DNA of 64,000 nt from an uncultured Alphaproteobacteria bacterium (GCA_963734125.1 CAVTGB010000004.1:71779-135778), one strand, 5' to 3'. Shown: positions 18,910 through 28,999, counted from the first letter of the stretch. Notes: generated by a model not told the origin, from the sequence alone. Numbers and translations are program-made.

Positions 18910-20544
18910 ATGACATCCAAATCGTATGACTATGTGATCGTCGGCGCCGGGTCGGCCGGCTGCACGTTGGCGCGCCGGCTGACCGAGGACCCCAGTATCC
19001 GCGTGCTCCTCCTCGAAGCCGGCGGCTGGGACCGCGATCCGTGGATCAAGATCCCCTTGGGCTGGGGCCGCATCCTCGAAAAGCGGCTGCACGACTGGAT
19101 GTATTTCACCGAGCCCGAGGCGAACGCAAACGGCAGGCGGATCGAATGCGCCCGCGGCAAGGTGATCGGCGGTTCGTCCTCGATCAACGCGATGGCCTAT
19201 GTCCGCGGCAACCCCGGAGATTACGACCGCTGGGCCGCCGCGGGGCTCCCGGGGTGGTCCTATGCCGAGGTGTTGCCCTACTTCCGCCGCCAGGAAAGCT
19301 GGGAGGGCGGGGCCGGCGCCTATCGCGGCGGCGACGGGCCGCTCACCGTCGGCACCGCGCGCTATGCCGATCCGCTGGTCGAAGCGTGCCTTGCCGCCGG
19401 ACGCGCGCTGCAGCTCCCGGCGACGCCGGACTATAACGGCGCGAGCCAGGAAGGGCTCGGCCGGATCCAGCAGACGATCCGCCGGGGCCGCCGGTGCAGC
19501 GCCGCCGAAGCCTATCTGCGCCCGGCACTCGCCCGACCCAATTTGACCGTCGAGACCGGCGCGCTCGCCTCGCGCATCGTTATCGAAGGCGGCCGCGCGG
19601 TCGGCGTCGACTATACCCACCGCGGCGTCACGGCGGTCGCGCGCGCGGAACGCGAAGTCATCCTCTCGGGCGGCGTCATCAACTCGCCGCAGCTCTTGAT
19701 GCTGTCGGGGATCGGCGACCCCGATGCGCTCAAGGTGCACGGCATCACCGTGAAGGCCGAGCTTCCCGGGGTCGGCAGGAATTTGCAGGACCACCTGTCG
19801 GTGTTCGCCGATTACCAGCGGCGCGGGGAGGGGCCCTTTGTCGCGATGATGCGGCTCGACCGGGTCGCGCTCTCCCTCGCCCGCGCCTATTGCTTCGGCA
19901 CCGGTCCGGCGAGCGAGACGCCGAGCGGCTGGACCGGTTTTGTCAAAAGCCGCCCCGATGCCCTGCTGCCCGACATCCAGTTCCTCTTTCGCGCCGCACC
20001 GGGCGGCGCCGGCCCGTATTTCCCGCCGTTCAAAGCAGCTTTCGCCGACGGCTTTGCGCTGCGCGCGGTGATGCTGCGGCCGGAGAGCCGGGGCGAGATC
20101 ACCCTTGCCTCGGCCGACCCGCGCACACCTCCGCTGATCCGCCAGAATTTCCTCGCCACCGAAGCGGATCGCCGGACCATGCGCGACGGTTTGAAGCTGG
20201 TGCGCCGGCTCTGCGCCGCGCCGCCGGTCAAGGATTTTGTCGCCCGCGAACTGGCGCCCGGCGCCGGCATCGAGAGCGATTCAGACCTCGACGCCTATAT
20301 CCGCGCCACCGCGGCCACCGCGCACCACCCGCTCGGCACCTGCAAGATGGGCCCGGCGAGCGACAAGATGGCGGTGGTCGACCCGGAATTGCGGCTCTAC
20401 GGCGTCGCAGGCCTGCGCATCGTCGACGCCTCGGTGATGCCCGACCTCGTCGGCGGCAACATCAACGCCCCGGTCATCATGATCGCCGAAAAAGCCGCCG
20501 ATATGATCCGCGGCCGGGCGCCATTGCCGGCGGCGGTGGCATAA
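18910..20544 (+). CDS. GMC family oxidoreductase (choline dehydrogenase-like)
   Basis: 544-aa ORF with [36 protein letters not shown] and a C-terminal HPLGTCKMG active-site region. Confidence 0.9.
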   Translation: MTSKSYDYVIVGAGSAGCTLARRLTEDPSIRVLLLEAGGWDRDPWIKIPLGWGRILEKRLHDWMYFTEPEANANGRRIECARGKVIGGSSSINAMAYVRGNPGDYDRWAAAGLPGWSYAEVLPYFRRQESWEGGAGAYRGGDGPLTVGTARYADPLVEACLAAGRALQLPATPDYNGASQEGLGRIQQTIRRGRRCSAAEAYLRPALARPNLTVETGALASRIVIEGGRAVGVDYTHRGVTAVARAEREVILSGGVINSPQLLMLSGIGDPDALKVHGITVKAELPGVGRNLQDHLSVFADYQRRGEGPFVAMMRLDRVALSLARAYCFGTGPASETPSGWTGFVKSRPDALLPDIQFLFRAAPGGAGPYFPPFKAAFADGFALRAVMLRPESRGEITLASADPRTPPLIRQNFLATEADRRTMRDGLKLVRRLCAAPPVKDFVARELAPGAGIESDSDLDAYIRATAATAHHPLGTCKMGPASDKMAVVDPELRLYGVAGLRIVDASVMPDLVGGNINAPVIMIAEKAADMIRGRAPLPAAVA

Positions 20545-20729
20545 GGGCCGCAGGCCGTTGTCAAGATGCGGCAGACGGCGCCGAAAATGGGCCGGAGGGA
20601 TTCGGAAGATCAATCCCGAGCTGCCGACGCGTTGACTGGGGGAGAAAACACGTTGATTTGAGCTCCCGGTGGGCGCAGCGTGTGCATACTTACGGCAGGC
20701 ATATCTTTGCTACGTTTTAGGAGCACGCG

Positions 20730-21788
20730 ATGTCCCGACGAACAAAACGCCTTAAACATATGTCAGGATTTGTTGCGATAGTATTCTCCGCTATCCCGTT
20801 AACTTTAGTTTGCGCCCAGCAAAATTCTGCTCAATTCAGCGGCTGGGGTAACATCGTGGAATATAATAGGGCGTCAGTCGTTCTGCTCCGATCACAAGAA
20901 GCAGGCAAAGACGACTCCTATGGATCTGGCGTCGTAATCTCTGGTGCTGGACACGTCTTGACTGCAAACCATGTTTTACCTGATCTCAGAAAGCTCCAAG
21001 CGGGTTCAGCACGCATCCAAGGGCTTCTCGGCGGGCAAAACCCCGTGCCGGATTTCTCCCGAGCAACCCCGCTGACCATAGATTTTGCGTCCGCTCGATG
21101 GGATGTCGCAGTCGCCACTTTCAAAGCGAAGCCCCCAGACTTGACGTCCGCCTATGCCGGTACGACGCTGCGACAGGGAGACCCGATATTAGTGATGGGA
21201 TACCCCGATGGCGGCGGGCTGATCGTCACCGAAGGGATTTTTAGCGGTGCCGGTCCGGACGGGCTGGCAGCAACCAGCGCGGTCGTAGGGCGCGGCGACA
21301 GTGGCGGACCGGTGTTCGACACGCATGGCGCCCTCGTCGGTATTCTCATCGAAGGAGCCAAGTATAATTCCGAAGGCCGCATCGTCCTGGGGTACTTTCG
21401 GCCAGCCGGCGCGATCGCTCCCGTATTGCATGAAAAACCGCCCGGTATAGATCTCGCTACTCAGCCAGAAGGACGGAAGCCGCTGCCTACCCCGGAGCCG
21501 GTACAAATTGCCTATGCCATCAGCGATACCAACGACGCTCACGAAGGTGTTTCGCGGACAGAACGGAAGTATCAGCACCGCTTTAGCGCGCTGAGCGGCT
21601 ACCAAATCACGTCAGCATCTTTTAGGGCGTTGAGCGCCAACCACGTCAGTTCTCAGCCTGAGGTCGCGATCAATTCGGGCGGCGAGACCGTGACCATAAG
21701 TTATGCATTAGAAAGCGGGCCAGTATTTGATCGGTGGCGAGGATGGCTCGCCGGAACCTTAATGACATCCCAACAATGGAGGAAATAG
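20730..21788 (+). CDS. exported trypsin-like (S1) serine protease with an unassigned ~120-aa C-terminal domain
   Basis: 352-aa ORF with an N-terminal signal/anchor (FVAIVFSAIPLTLVCAQQ). Catalytic triad candidates are His (LTANHVL), Asp (RWDVAVATF) and Ser (GDSGGPVF). GC and codon usage are atypical for the window. Confidence 0.8.
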   Translation: MSRRTKRLKHMSGFVAIVFSAIPLTLVCAQQNSAQFSGWGNIVEYNRASVVLLRSQEAGKDDSYGSGVVISGAGHVLTANHVLPDLRKLQAGSARIQGLLGGQNPVPDFSRATPLTIDFASARWDVAVATFKAKPPDLTSAYAGTTLRQGDPILVMGYPDGGGLIVTEGIFSGAGPDGLAATSAVVGRGDSGGPVFDTHGALVGILIEGAKYNSEGRIVLGYFRPAGAIAPVLHEKPPGIDLATQPEGRKPLPTPEPVQIAYAISDTNDAHEGVSRTERKYQHRFSALSGYQITSASFRALSANHVSSQPEVAINSGGETVTISYALESGPVFDRWRGWLAGTLMTSQQWRK

Positions 21789-21789
21789 C

Positions 21790-22491
21790 ATGTTCAAGCG
21801 GCGGAGCCTACTCGCCTTTGGCGCGGCCTCGTTGAGCGCTCTCGCAGTCGGACAACGCAGTCGTACAGTTTGGGCCGACACGCCGGCGGAAGGGGCGGAC
21901 TTCTTCTCACCGGAGTTGCCCGACATGCAGCAGCTCGGGACTCATCCGCCGCTTCCGAAAGAGGATCAGATGGGGCAGCAGATCATCGCGGCTTGTCCGA
22001 AGGGTCCTGCGCCCATCGACATCATGAATTGGTTTGTAGCCCTGAATTCGGCCAATGATGATGGCGAGTTGTACCGTGGCGGCTGGCGTACGCGGTGGAA
22101 CCCGATAATCGTTACCTTCTTTCGCGAAACCGGCACAAAGCCCTCCGGCGACACGACGCCATGGTGTGCGGCTTCAATGAACTGGGTGCTCGCGCGATGT
22201 GGTTACAGGGGAACAGGCAGCGCGTCGTCCGGAAGCTTTCGTGATCATTCCGGATCAACTTCTTCTCCACAGCCGGGGGATGTGGTGGTATTTCGGCAAA
22301 CCGATCCAGTCGAGGCCAGACTCGGACATGGGCACGTGACATTGTTTCTGAGTCGGAGCGGTGATCAGATCAGTTGTATAGGCGGTAACCAAGTTAATTC
22401 TCGGGGCCACCACGAGTTCAGTATTGAAAAAATTAGGGATGGAGGCTTTTTGACACTTCATGGATCCTACAGCATTAATGCATTCAAGTAG
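21790..22491 (+). CDS. TIGR02594 / NlpC-P60-CHAP-like cell-wall hydrolase family protein with twin-arginine signal
   Basis: 233-aa ORF that starts 1 nt after the protease stop. It has a Tat-like MFKRRSLLAFGAASLSALAV and the family signature TPWCAASMNWVL ... PGDVVVF ... GHGHVTLF ... IGGNQ. Confidence 0.75.
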   Translation: MFKRRSLLAFGAASLSALAVGQRSRTVWADTPAEGADFFSPELPDMQQLGTHPPLPKEDQMGQQIIAACPKGPAPIDIMNWFVALNSANDDGELYRGGWRTRWNPIIVTFFRETGTKPSGDTTPWCAASMNWVLARCGYRGTGSASSGSFRDHSGSTSSPQPGDVVVFRQTDPVEARLGHGHVTLFLSRSGDQISCIGGNQVNSRGHHEFSIEKIRDGGFLTLHGSYSINAFK

Positions 22492-22751
22492 ATGTTGTCG
22501 CAGTGGCTTCGGGCATGGGTGGATCCGCGACGGTCTTCTCCCGGCAGCCATGATTGCTGAAACGCCCTCGGCAACCCTGCCCGTTTCAGGATCGCATTGG
22601 CAAGCGGCCGGCCGTCGATGTTGGACGGTACAATGAATGTCCGCTGCATAATTGGGCTGTACCAGATTTCGTGACTGCCTTTGTCCTGGCGCTCGAACCG
22701 ACAGCCCGCCTCGCGCAGGAGGTCGGCGAGCGGCCGGTAAAGCGTCGCCAT
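22467..22751 (-). CDS. hicA: type II toxin-antitoxin system HicA family toxin
   Basis: MATLYRPLADLLREAGCRFERQDKGSHEIWYSPIMQRTFIVPSNIDGRPLANAILKRAGLPRAF is a HicA-type (YcfA-like) core. About 28 extra C-terminal residues overlap the convergent TIGR02594 gene. Confidence 0.75.
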   Translation of the reverse strand: MATLYRPLADLLREAGCRFERQDKGSHEIWYSPIMQRTFIVPSNIDGRPLANAILKRAGLPRAFQQSWLPGEDRRGSTHARSHCDNIYLNALML

Positions 22752-22954
22752 CTACGCCGCTGCGGCCTCTCGATCTGCTCGCCCTGATGCGCCGCGCCGT
22801 TCGCTACGAGCAGATCGGGCGCGAGTGCGAACACCGCATCCGAGAGTTCCTCGAACGTGCCGCCCTGGCAACAAAGACCCGGCACATCGTCGCCGTCTGT
22901 CCACCAAGTGCGCGACTCGTCATCCCACCTTGCGGTGACCGCGATCACTCTCAT
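22586..22954 (-). CDS. hicB: HicB-like (DUF1902-type) antitoxin; the ORF as read runs through hicA
   Basis: The N-terminal 68 aa (MRVIAVTARWDDESRTWWTDGDDVPGLCCQGGTFEELSDAVFALAPDLLVANG...) look like the short HicB/DUF1902 fold. A TAG directly abutting the hicA ATG (22754-22752) is one nt out of frame. The natural end may therefore be about 22752. Confidence 0.6.
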   Translation of the reverse strand: MRVIAVTARWDDESRTWWTDGDDVPGLCCQGGTFEELSDAVFALAPDLLVANGAAHQGEQIERPQRRRWRRFTGRSPTSCARRAVGSSARTKAVTKSGTAQLCSGHSLYRPTSTAGRLPMRS

Positions 22955-23014
22955 GTCGCAACCATACTCATCCTGCGGCAGAATGTGCGCGCTCGACCGG
23001 CGGCCGGCAAGCTT

Positions 23015-23917
23015 TCACCCCCCGAAGTGCCGCATGAACCGCTGGTACGTTTCGTCCGGCGCTTCTTCCGGCACGTAGTGGCCGCAGGGGAGGGCGCCGC
23101 CGGTGGCGTTGGTGGCGTAGTGGCGCTGCCAGATTGCGAGGACGTCGCCGTGGACGCCTTCGGTGTGGCTGCGCTGGCCCCAGATCACCAGGAGCGGCTG
23201 GGTGATCTTGTTGCCGGCTTCGAAATCGGCCTTGTCCATATCGAAGTCGCAGGTGGGACAGGCGCGGTAATCGGCGCAGGAGCCGACGATCGTCTTCCAG
23301 GTGAAGCAGCGGACGTATTCGGCGAACGCTTCTGGATCGAAAAAGCCGAGGCCGATCCCGGGGCGCGACAGCTTTTTCTCCATGAAATACTGGGCCGGGA
23401 TGCCGGCCAGCATGCGCTCGGGGAAGTCGTAGGGCTGCGCCATCATCGCCCAGTGCCAGGAGCGCAGCGCCCATTCCTTCGAGGTGTGGGTCCAGATGTG
23501 ATGGTTGGGCAAAATGTCGACGAGCGCGGCGCGTTTGACGCGGGTCGGGTGGTCGAGGCACATCCGCGCCGTGGTGCGGGCGCCGCGGTCGTGCCCGGCG
23601 ACAAAGAATTCGCGGTAGCCAAGCTGTTCCATCACCTCGACCTGGTCCTGCGCCATCGCGCGGAACGAATAGTTGAGGTTGTTGTCGCCGCCGGCTTCGG
23701 GGCCGACGCTGTCGCCATAGCCGCGCAGATCGGTGGCGACGACATGGAAATGCTCGGCGAGACGCGGGGCGATCTTGTGCCATGAGACATGGGTCAACGG
23801 GTTGCCGTGGAGCAATAGCAAGGGCGGGCCTTTGCCGCCGTGGCGCAGATGAATGCGCGCCCCCCCAAAGAGCGAAGAGGCGGTTTCGATGTCAGCCGTG
23901 GCAAACCCCTCGAACAT
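23015..23917 (-). CDS. alpha/beta hydrolase, haloacetate dehalogenase/epoxide hydrolase-like
   Basis: ORF 23015-23974, starting at MFEGFATADIE. It has HGNPLTHVSWHKIAPRL, an Asp nucleophile motif (VAGHDRGARTT), and a C-terminal GHYVPEEAP. Confidence 0.85.
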   Translation of the reverse strand: MFEGFATADIETASSLFGGARIHLRHGGKGPPLLLLHGNPLTHVSWHKIAPRLAEHFHVVATDLRGYGDSVGPEAGGDNNLNYSFRAMAQDQVEVMEQLGYREFFVAGHDRGARTTARMCLDHPTRVKRAALVDILPNHHIWTHTSKEWALRSWHWAMMAQPYDFPERMLAGIPAQYFMEKKLSRPGIGLGFFDPEAFAEYVRCFTWKTIVGSCADYRACPTCDFDMDKADFEAGNKITQPLLVIWGQRSHTEGVHGDVLAIWQRHYATNATGGALPCGHYVPEEAPDETYQRFMRHFGG

Positions 23918-24038
23918 CGCTCGCGTCCTCCTGCTGGGCGCGGGGAGGTTACCCCAGCCCGGCCGCGTCGCCACCGGGAATTGGTGGCGCCGTCCGGTTC
24001 ATCCGGGCATGATTGCGGCAAAGGACGGGGGAAACGCG

Positions 24039-25635
24039 ATGAGGAACTTGTTGCGGGGATGGCCGGCCGCGGCTCTGGCGCTCGTCTGTCTGATTGCCGC
24101 CGGTCTTCCGGCGCGGGCGCAAAAACCCGGCGGGGTTCTCCGGGTTTACAGCGCCGACAGCCCGCCGGGTCTCAACATCTACGAACAGGCGACACCCTGG
24201 GGCCAGGGACCGCTGATGGCCGTCTATAACAACTTGATCCTATTCGACCAGCACGTGGCGCAGAACAGCCTCGCGTCGATCCGGCCCGATCTCGCGACCA
24301 AATGGGTGTGGAACGAGGACGGCACCGAACTGACCTTCACGCTGCGCCAGGGCGTCAAATGGCATGACGGCAAGCCGTTCACCGCCAAGGACGTGCTGTG
24401 CACCGCCGATCTGCATGCTCGACAGGGCGCCAGGACAAGCCGCGCTTCAACCCGCGCAAATCCAACTTCAACAACCTCGATCCGGTGACCGCCAACGGCG
24501 ACTTACGAGGTGACGTTTCACCTGAAGCGGCCGCAGCCGGCCTTTCCGATGCTGCTGGCTAACGGTTTCGCCGAGATTACCCCGTGCCATCAGACGCCAG
24601 GCGCAGATGCGGCAGCATCCGATCGGCACCGGGCCCTTCAAATTCGTCGAGTTCAAGCCGAACGAATACATCAAGCTCGCCCGCAACCCCGATTACTGGA
24701 AGCCGGACCGGCCCTACCTCGACGGCATCGAGTTCACGATCGTCCGCGACCCGGCGACCGCGGTCTTGGCGTTCATCTCCGGCAAGTTCGACCTGGCCGG
24801 CGGGCTCTCGCCGCCGAACATGAAGGATATCGAGAGCCAGGTACCGGGTGCGATCTGCACGGAAAGCCCGGGCACCATCAACCGTCACCTGATCATCAAC
24901 CGCGAGAAGCCGCCGTTCAGTGACCCCAAACTGCGCCGCGCGATGTCGCTGACGCTCGACCGCAAGGCCTTCATCGACATCATCTCGCAGGGGCACGGCG
25001 AGATCGGCGGGGTCTTACAACCGCCGCCCGGTGGTTTGTGGGGGATGCCGCCGGACCAGCTGGCGACGCTGCCCGGTTATGGCGCCGACGTCGCAAAAAG
25101 CCGCGCTGAAGCCCACCAGATCATGGAAAAGCTCGGTTACGGGCCGAACAACCGGCTGAACATCAAGGTCTCGGCGTCCGACATTTCCTTTTATCACGAC
25201 CCGGCCGTCATCCTGATCGACCAGTTGAAAGAGGTCTATATCGACGCCGAGCTGGAGGCCATCGACAGCACCCGCTACTACCCGAAGATCATGCGCCAGG
25301 AGTACACGGTCGGGCTCAACCTGCAGACCAGCGGGCCCGACCCCGATCCGATCCTCGACCTGTTCTACGGTTGCGGCTCGAGCCTCAACTGGGACCACTA
25401 CTGCAACAAAGAAGTCGACGGAATGATCGAGCAGCAATCGCGGGAAGGCGATGCCGCGCGCCGCAAGCAGATATTGTGGCGGATCGAGCGCAAACTTGCC
25501 GAGGACGATGCCCGGCCGATGATCTTCTACGCCGATCGCGGCACCTGCGTACGGTCCAATGTCAAGGGCGACCTCGTCAACGACAACAGCATCTTCAACG
25601 CGGCGCGCCGCGAGGATGTCTGGCTCGACCGGTAA
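24039..25635 (+). pseudogene. ABC transporter substrate-binding protein, family 5 (peptide/nickel type), about 3 frame breaks
   Basis: Signal peptide plus N-terminus in ORF 23853-24488 (MRNLLRGWPAAALALVCLIAAGLPARAQKPGGVLRVY...). The middle pieces are QDKPRFNPRKSNFNNLDPVTANGD and YEVTFHLKRPQPAFPMLLANGF, in other frames. The remainder is ORF 24607-25635 (MRQHPIGTGPFKFVEFKPNEYI...). Frame order is 0>2>0>1, with changes near 24425-24435, 24503-24505 and 24590-24606. Confidence 0.8.
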
Positions 25636-25680
25636 GGGCGTCGGGTTGCCCAAGGAGTTGAGGGCCTATAGGTTGCCGTC

Positions 25681-27114
25681 GTGCGCTATCTGAGTACCCG
25701 CGACACTCGGGCCGAACCGGCCACCCATGCCTTCGAGCACGTGCTTCTGGCCGGTCTCGCCGAGGATGGCGGACTTTTCGTCCCCGAAACGCTCCCCGCG
25801 TTCGATCAGGGGACACTGCGCGGCCTCTGCGGCATGCGCTACGCCGAGCTGGCGGCGCGAGTTGTGGCGCGGTTCGCCGGTGACAGCTTTACGGTGACCG
25901 AGCTCTCCCGGCTGAGCGCGGCGGCCTACGGCAATTTCGCCCATGAGGCGGTCGCCCCGCTCATTCAGCTCGACGAGCGGCTCTGGCTTTTGGAGCTGTT
26001 CCACGGTCCGACACTGGCCTTCAAGGACCTGGCGCTGCAGCTTCTCGGCCTCATGTTCGATGCGGTCTTGGGGCGGCGCGGCGAGCAGGTGACGATCGTC
26101 GGCGCGACCTCGGGCGATACCGGCTCGGCCGCGCTCGCCGCCTGCCGCGACAAGGCAGCGCTCGATATCTTCATGCTCTACCCGCAGGGCCGGATCTCCG
26201 AGGTACAGCGCCGGCAGATGACGACAATTGCTGCGGACAACGCCTATGCGCTGGGAATCGAGGGCACGTTCGACGACTGCCAGGACATCGTCAAAGCGCT
26301 GTTCGCCGACGAGGACCTGCGGCGCGATCTTCGCCTCTCGGCGGTCAATTCGATCAATTTCGCGCGGGTGGCGGCGCAGATCGTCTATTACTTCGCCGCC
26401 GGGCTCGCGCTCGGAGCGCCGGATCGGCCGGTTTCGTTCAGCGTGCCGACCGGCAATTTCGGCAATGTCTACGCCGCGCACCTCGCCCGCGGGCTGGGCC
26501 TCTCGATCGAACGGCTGGTCATCGGCACCAATGCCAACGACATCCTGGCACGCTATCTGGCCACCGGCGAGATGACGATCGCCCCGGTCGCGCCGAGCCT
26601 CAGCCCGAGCATGGACATCCAGGTGGCGGGCAATTTCGAGCGCCTGCTGTTCGAGTTGAAGGACCATAACGGCGCCGCCGTCACCGCGGCGCTGCACGAA
26701 TTCCGGCGGACCGGCGCCTTGCCGGCGGACGAGCAGTCGTGGCGGCGCGCGCGTGGCCTCTTCGCCGGGCACCGGGTCGACGATGCGATGACGCTTGCGA
26801 CGATGGCCGATACCTATCGCCGTTCGGGTGTCCTGATCGATCCGCACACCGCGGTCGCGGTCGCCGCGGCTCGGGCCGGAGTCGAGCACGATGGCGGCGC
26901 GACCCCGATGGTGGCGCTTGCCACCGCGCACCCGGCAAAGTTTCCCGACGCCGTCGAACGCGCCACCGGCATCCGCCCGGTCGCGCCACCCGCGCTCGCC
27001 GAGATTATGGAGCGGCGCGAGCGGACCACCATTTTGCCCAACGATGCCGGCGCGGTGGCGCGGTTCGTGCGCGCCCACGCCCGGCGAACCCGACCAAACC
27101 TGGGAGCAGCATGA
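25681..27114 (+). CDS. thrC: threonine synthase
   Basis: 477-aa ORF with a GTG start. It has the PLP-lysine motif (GPTLAFKDLALQ) and GATSGDTGSAA. Its stop overlaps the start of the next gene (ATGA). Confidence 0.95.
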   Translation: MRYLSTRDTRAEPATHAFEHVLLAGLAEDGGLFVPETLPAFDQGTLRGLCGMRYAELAARVVARFAGDSFTVTELSRLSAAAYGNFAHEAVAPLIQLDERLWLLELFHGPTLAFKDLALQLLGLMFDAVLGRRGEQVTIVGATSGDTGSAALAACRDKAALDIFMLYPQGRISEVQRRQMTTIAADNAYALGIEGTFDDCQDIVKALFADEDLRRDLRLSAVNSINFARVAAQIVYYFAAGLALGAPDRPVSFSVPTGNFGNVYAAHLARGLGLSIERLVIGTNANDILARYLATGEMTIAPVAPSLSPSMDIQVAGNFERLLFELKDHNGAAVTAALHEFRRTGALPADEQSWRRARGLFAGHRVDDAMTLATMADTYRRSGVLIDPHTAVAVAAARAGVEHDGGATPMVALATAHPAKFPDAVERATGIRPVAPPALAEIMERRERTTILPNDAGAVARFVRAHARRTRPNLGAA

Positions 27115-28383
27115 CCACAGAGCTAGCGACACTCGCCAACGGCCTACGGATCGTCACCGACCGGATCGATACCGTGGACACCGCCTCAATCGGCCTCTGG
27201 GTCGATGTCGGCACCCGGCACGAGCCGCCGGCGATCAATGGCGCGGCGCATTTCCTCGAACACATGGCGTTCAAGGGCACCGAGCGGCGCAGCGCCCGCG
27301 TCATCGCCGAGGAGATCGAGGCGGTCGGGGGCCTCCTCAACGCCTATACCTCGCGCGAGAGCACCGCCTATTACGCCAAGGTGTTGAAGGAGGACGTGCC
27401 GCTCGCTCTCGATATCCTCGCCGACATCCTCATGCATTCGAGTTTCGATCCGGCCGAGTTCGAGCGCGAGCGCACCGTCATCCTGCAGGAGATCGGGCAG
27501 GCCAACGACACCCCCGACGACATCATTTTCGATCATTTCCAGGAATGCGCGTTTCCCGACCAGGCGATGGGCCGGCCGGTGCTGGGCCGCCCGGAGGTCA
27601 TCCGCCAGCTCTCGCGCGAATCGGTCATCGCCTATCTGCGCGACCATTACGGCGCCGCGCGCATGGTGCTGGCGGCCTCCGGCAATCTCGACCACGAGCG
27701 CATTGTCGCGCTCGCCGACGAGCTCTTCTCGTCGATGTCACCCAATGGCGCCGGCGACCACCCGCTCACCACCGAGCCGGCACGCTACACCGGCGGCGAG
27801 CATCGCGAGGGCCGCGATCTGGAACAGTTGCATCTCGTGCTCGGCTTCCCCGGTCTGACGCTCGCCGACCCGGATTATTACGCCGCCGCGGTGCTGTCGA
27901 CGGCGTTTGGCGGCGGCATGTCGTCCCGGCTTTTTCAGGAGGTGCGCGAGAAGCGCGGTCTGGTCTACACGATCCACAGCTTCGCCCACAGCTACCACGA
28001 CGGCGGGCTGTTCGGGATCTATGCCGGGACCGGTGAAGAGGACGCGGGCGAACTGATGCCGGTGTTGTGCGAGGAGACGATGCGGCTCGCCGACGGGCTG
28101 ACGGCGGTCGAGTTGGCCCGCGCCAAGGCGCAGATGAAGGCTGGGCTCTTGATGTCGCTTGGAGAGCACCGGGGCGCGCTGCGAGCAGATGGCGCAGCAC
28201 ATGCTGATCCACGGCACCCCGTTCGACCCCGCCGACATGGTGCGCCGCATCGAGGCGGTCGACGATGCCGCGATTGCGCGCGTCGTCGCCGGGTGGCGAG
28301 CGGCGCCCCCGACCTTGGCCGCGCTCGGCCCGGTCGGGCAACTCGAAGGTTTCGAGCGTCTGCGCGCCCGACTCGCGGCGTGA
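27111..28383 (+). pseudogene. M16 family zinc peptidase (MPP-beta-like), one frame break near the C-terminus
   Basis: MTTELATLANGLRIV ... HxxEH motif (AAHFLEHMAFKGT) in ORF 26739-28550. The C-terminal 74 aa continue in ORF 28159-28383 (ESTGARCEQMAQHMLIHG...). An apparent extra G in CTTGGAGAGC lies near 28160. Confidence 0.85.
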
Positions 28384-28399
28384 GGAGGCTGGACCAGCG

Positions 28400-28999
28400 A
28401 TGGCTCCGCAGCGCAAGACCTTTCCCCGCCTCTTTCTCGCCCGGCCGGACCCGTTTCGGCTGGTCGGCGAGCGGGTGTTCCTGCGTCCGCCGGAACGCGG
28501 CGATTACGAGGAGTGGGCAAGCTTGCGCGCCCGCTCGCGCGACTTCCTGACGCCGTGGGAGCCGACCTGGCCGCCCGATGCGCTGAGCCGCCCCAATTTC
28601 CGCGCTCGGGTTTCCCGCTATACCGAGGATTGGCGCACCGACCAGGGTTACAACTTCTTTATTTTTCGCAACGATGAGGTGCTGGCGGGCGGCATCGGTC
28701 TGTCCAATATGCGCCGTGGCGTCGCCGAGACCGCGAGCCTTGGCTACTGGATCGGCGAGCCTTTTGCCCAGCAGCGTTACATGAGTGCGGCATTGCCGCT
28801 GGTGCTCGACTTCGCCTTCGACCGGCTGCACCTCTACCGGGTCGAGGCCGCCTGCCTCCCGACCAACGTGCCGAGCCGCGCGCTCCTCCTGCGCACCGGG
28901 TTTCAGCAGGAGGGCTACGCCCGCAACTACCTGCTGATCGACGGCAAGCGCCAGGACCACCTGTTGTTCGCGATCCTGCGCGAGGATTGGCGGCGCTGA
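28400..28999 (+). CDS. GNAT family N-acetyltransferase (RimJ/RimL-like)
   Basis: Internal ATG at 28400 of ORF 28265-28999 (VFLRPPERGDYEEWASLR ... LGYWIGEPFAQQRYMSAAL ... LHLYRVEAACLPTNVPSRALL). The thrC-M16-GNAT order is conserved. Confidence 0.8.
   Translation: MAPQRKTFPRLFLARPDPFRLVGERVFLRPPERGDYEEWASLRARSRDFLTPWEPTWPPDALSRPNFRARVSRYTEDWRTDQGYNFFIFRNDEVLAGGIGLSNMRRGVAETASLGYWIGEPFAQQRYMSAALPLVLDFAFDRLHLYRVEAACLPTNVPSRALLLRTGFQQEGYARNYLLIDGKRQDHLLFAILREDWRR

Noticed and set aside
21189-22551. Minus-strand ORFs inside the protease/hydrolase genes (21189-21605, 22255-22551) as candidate immunity genes
   Set aside because: They lie fully antisense within better-supported genes. They have no signal peptide or start context, and their composition looks like off-frame translation.
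20560-22960. Classification of the low-GC islet as a prophage remnant, integron cassette or IS-borne element
   Set aside because: I found no integrase, transposase, tRNA target, attC-like site or convincing flanking direct repeat. The only shared string I found is the 9-mer TGCGGCAGA, which is not significant. It is reported only as a compositional islet.
26739-28550. 603-aa ORF suggesting a long M16 peptidase with novel termini
   Set aside because: The N-terminal 124 aa are an off-frame read of thrC. The C-terminal Arg-rich tail results from a 1-nt frame loss, and the conserved ending lies in ORF 28159-28383.
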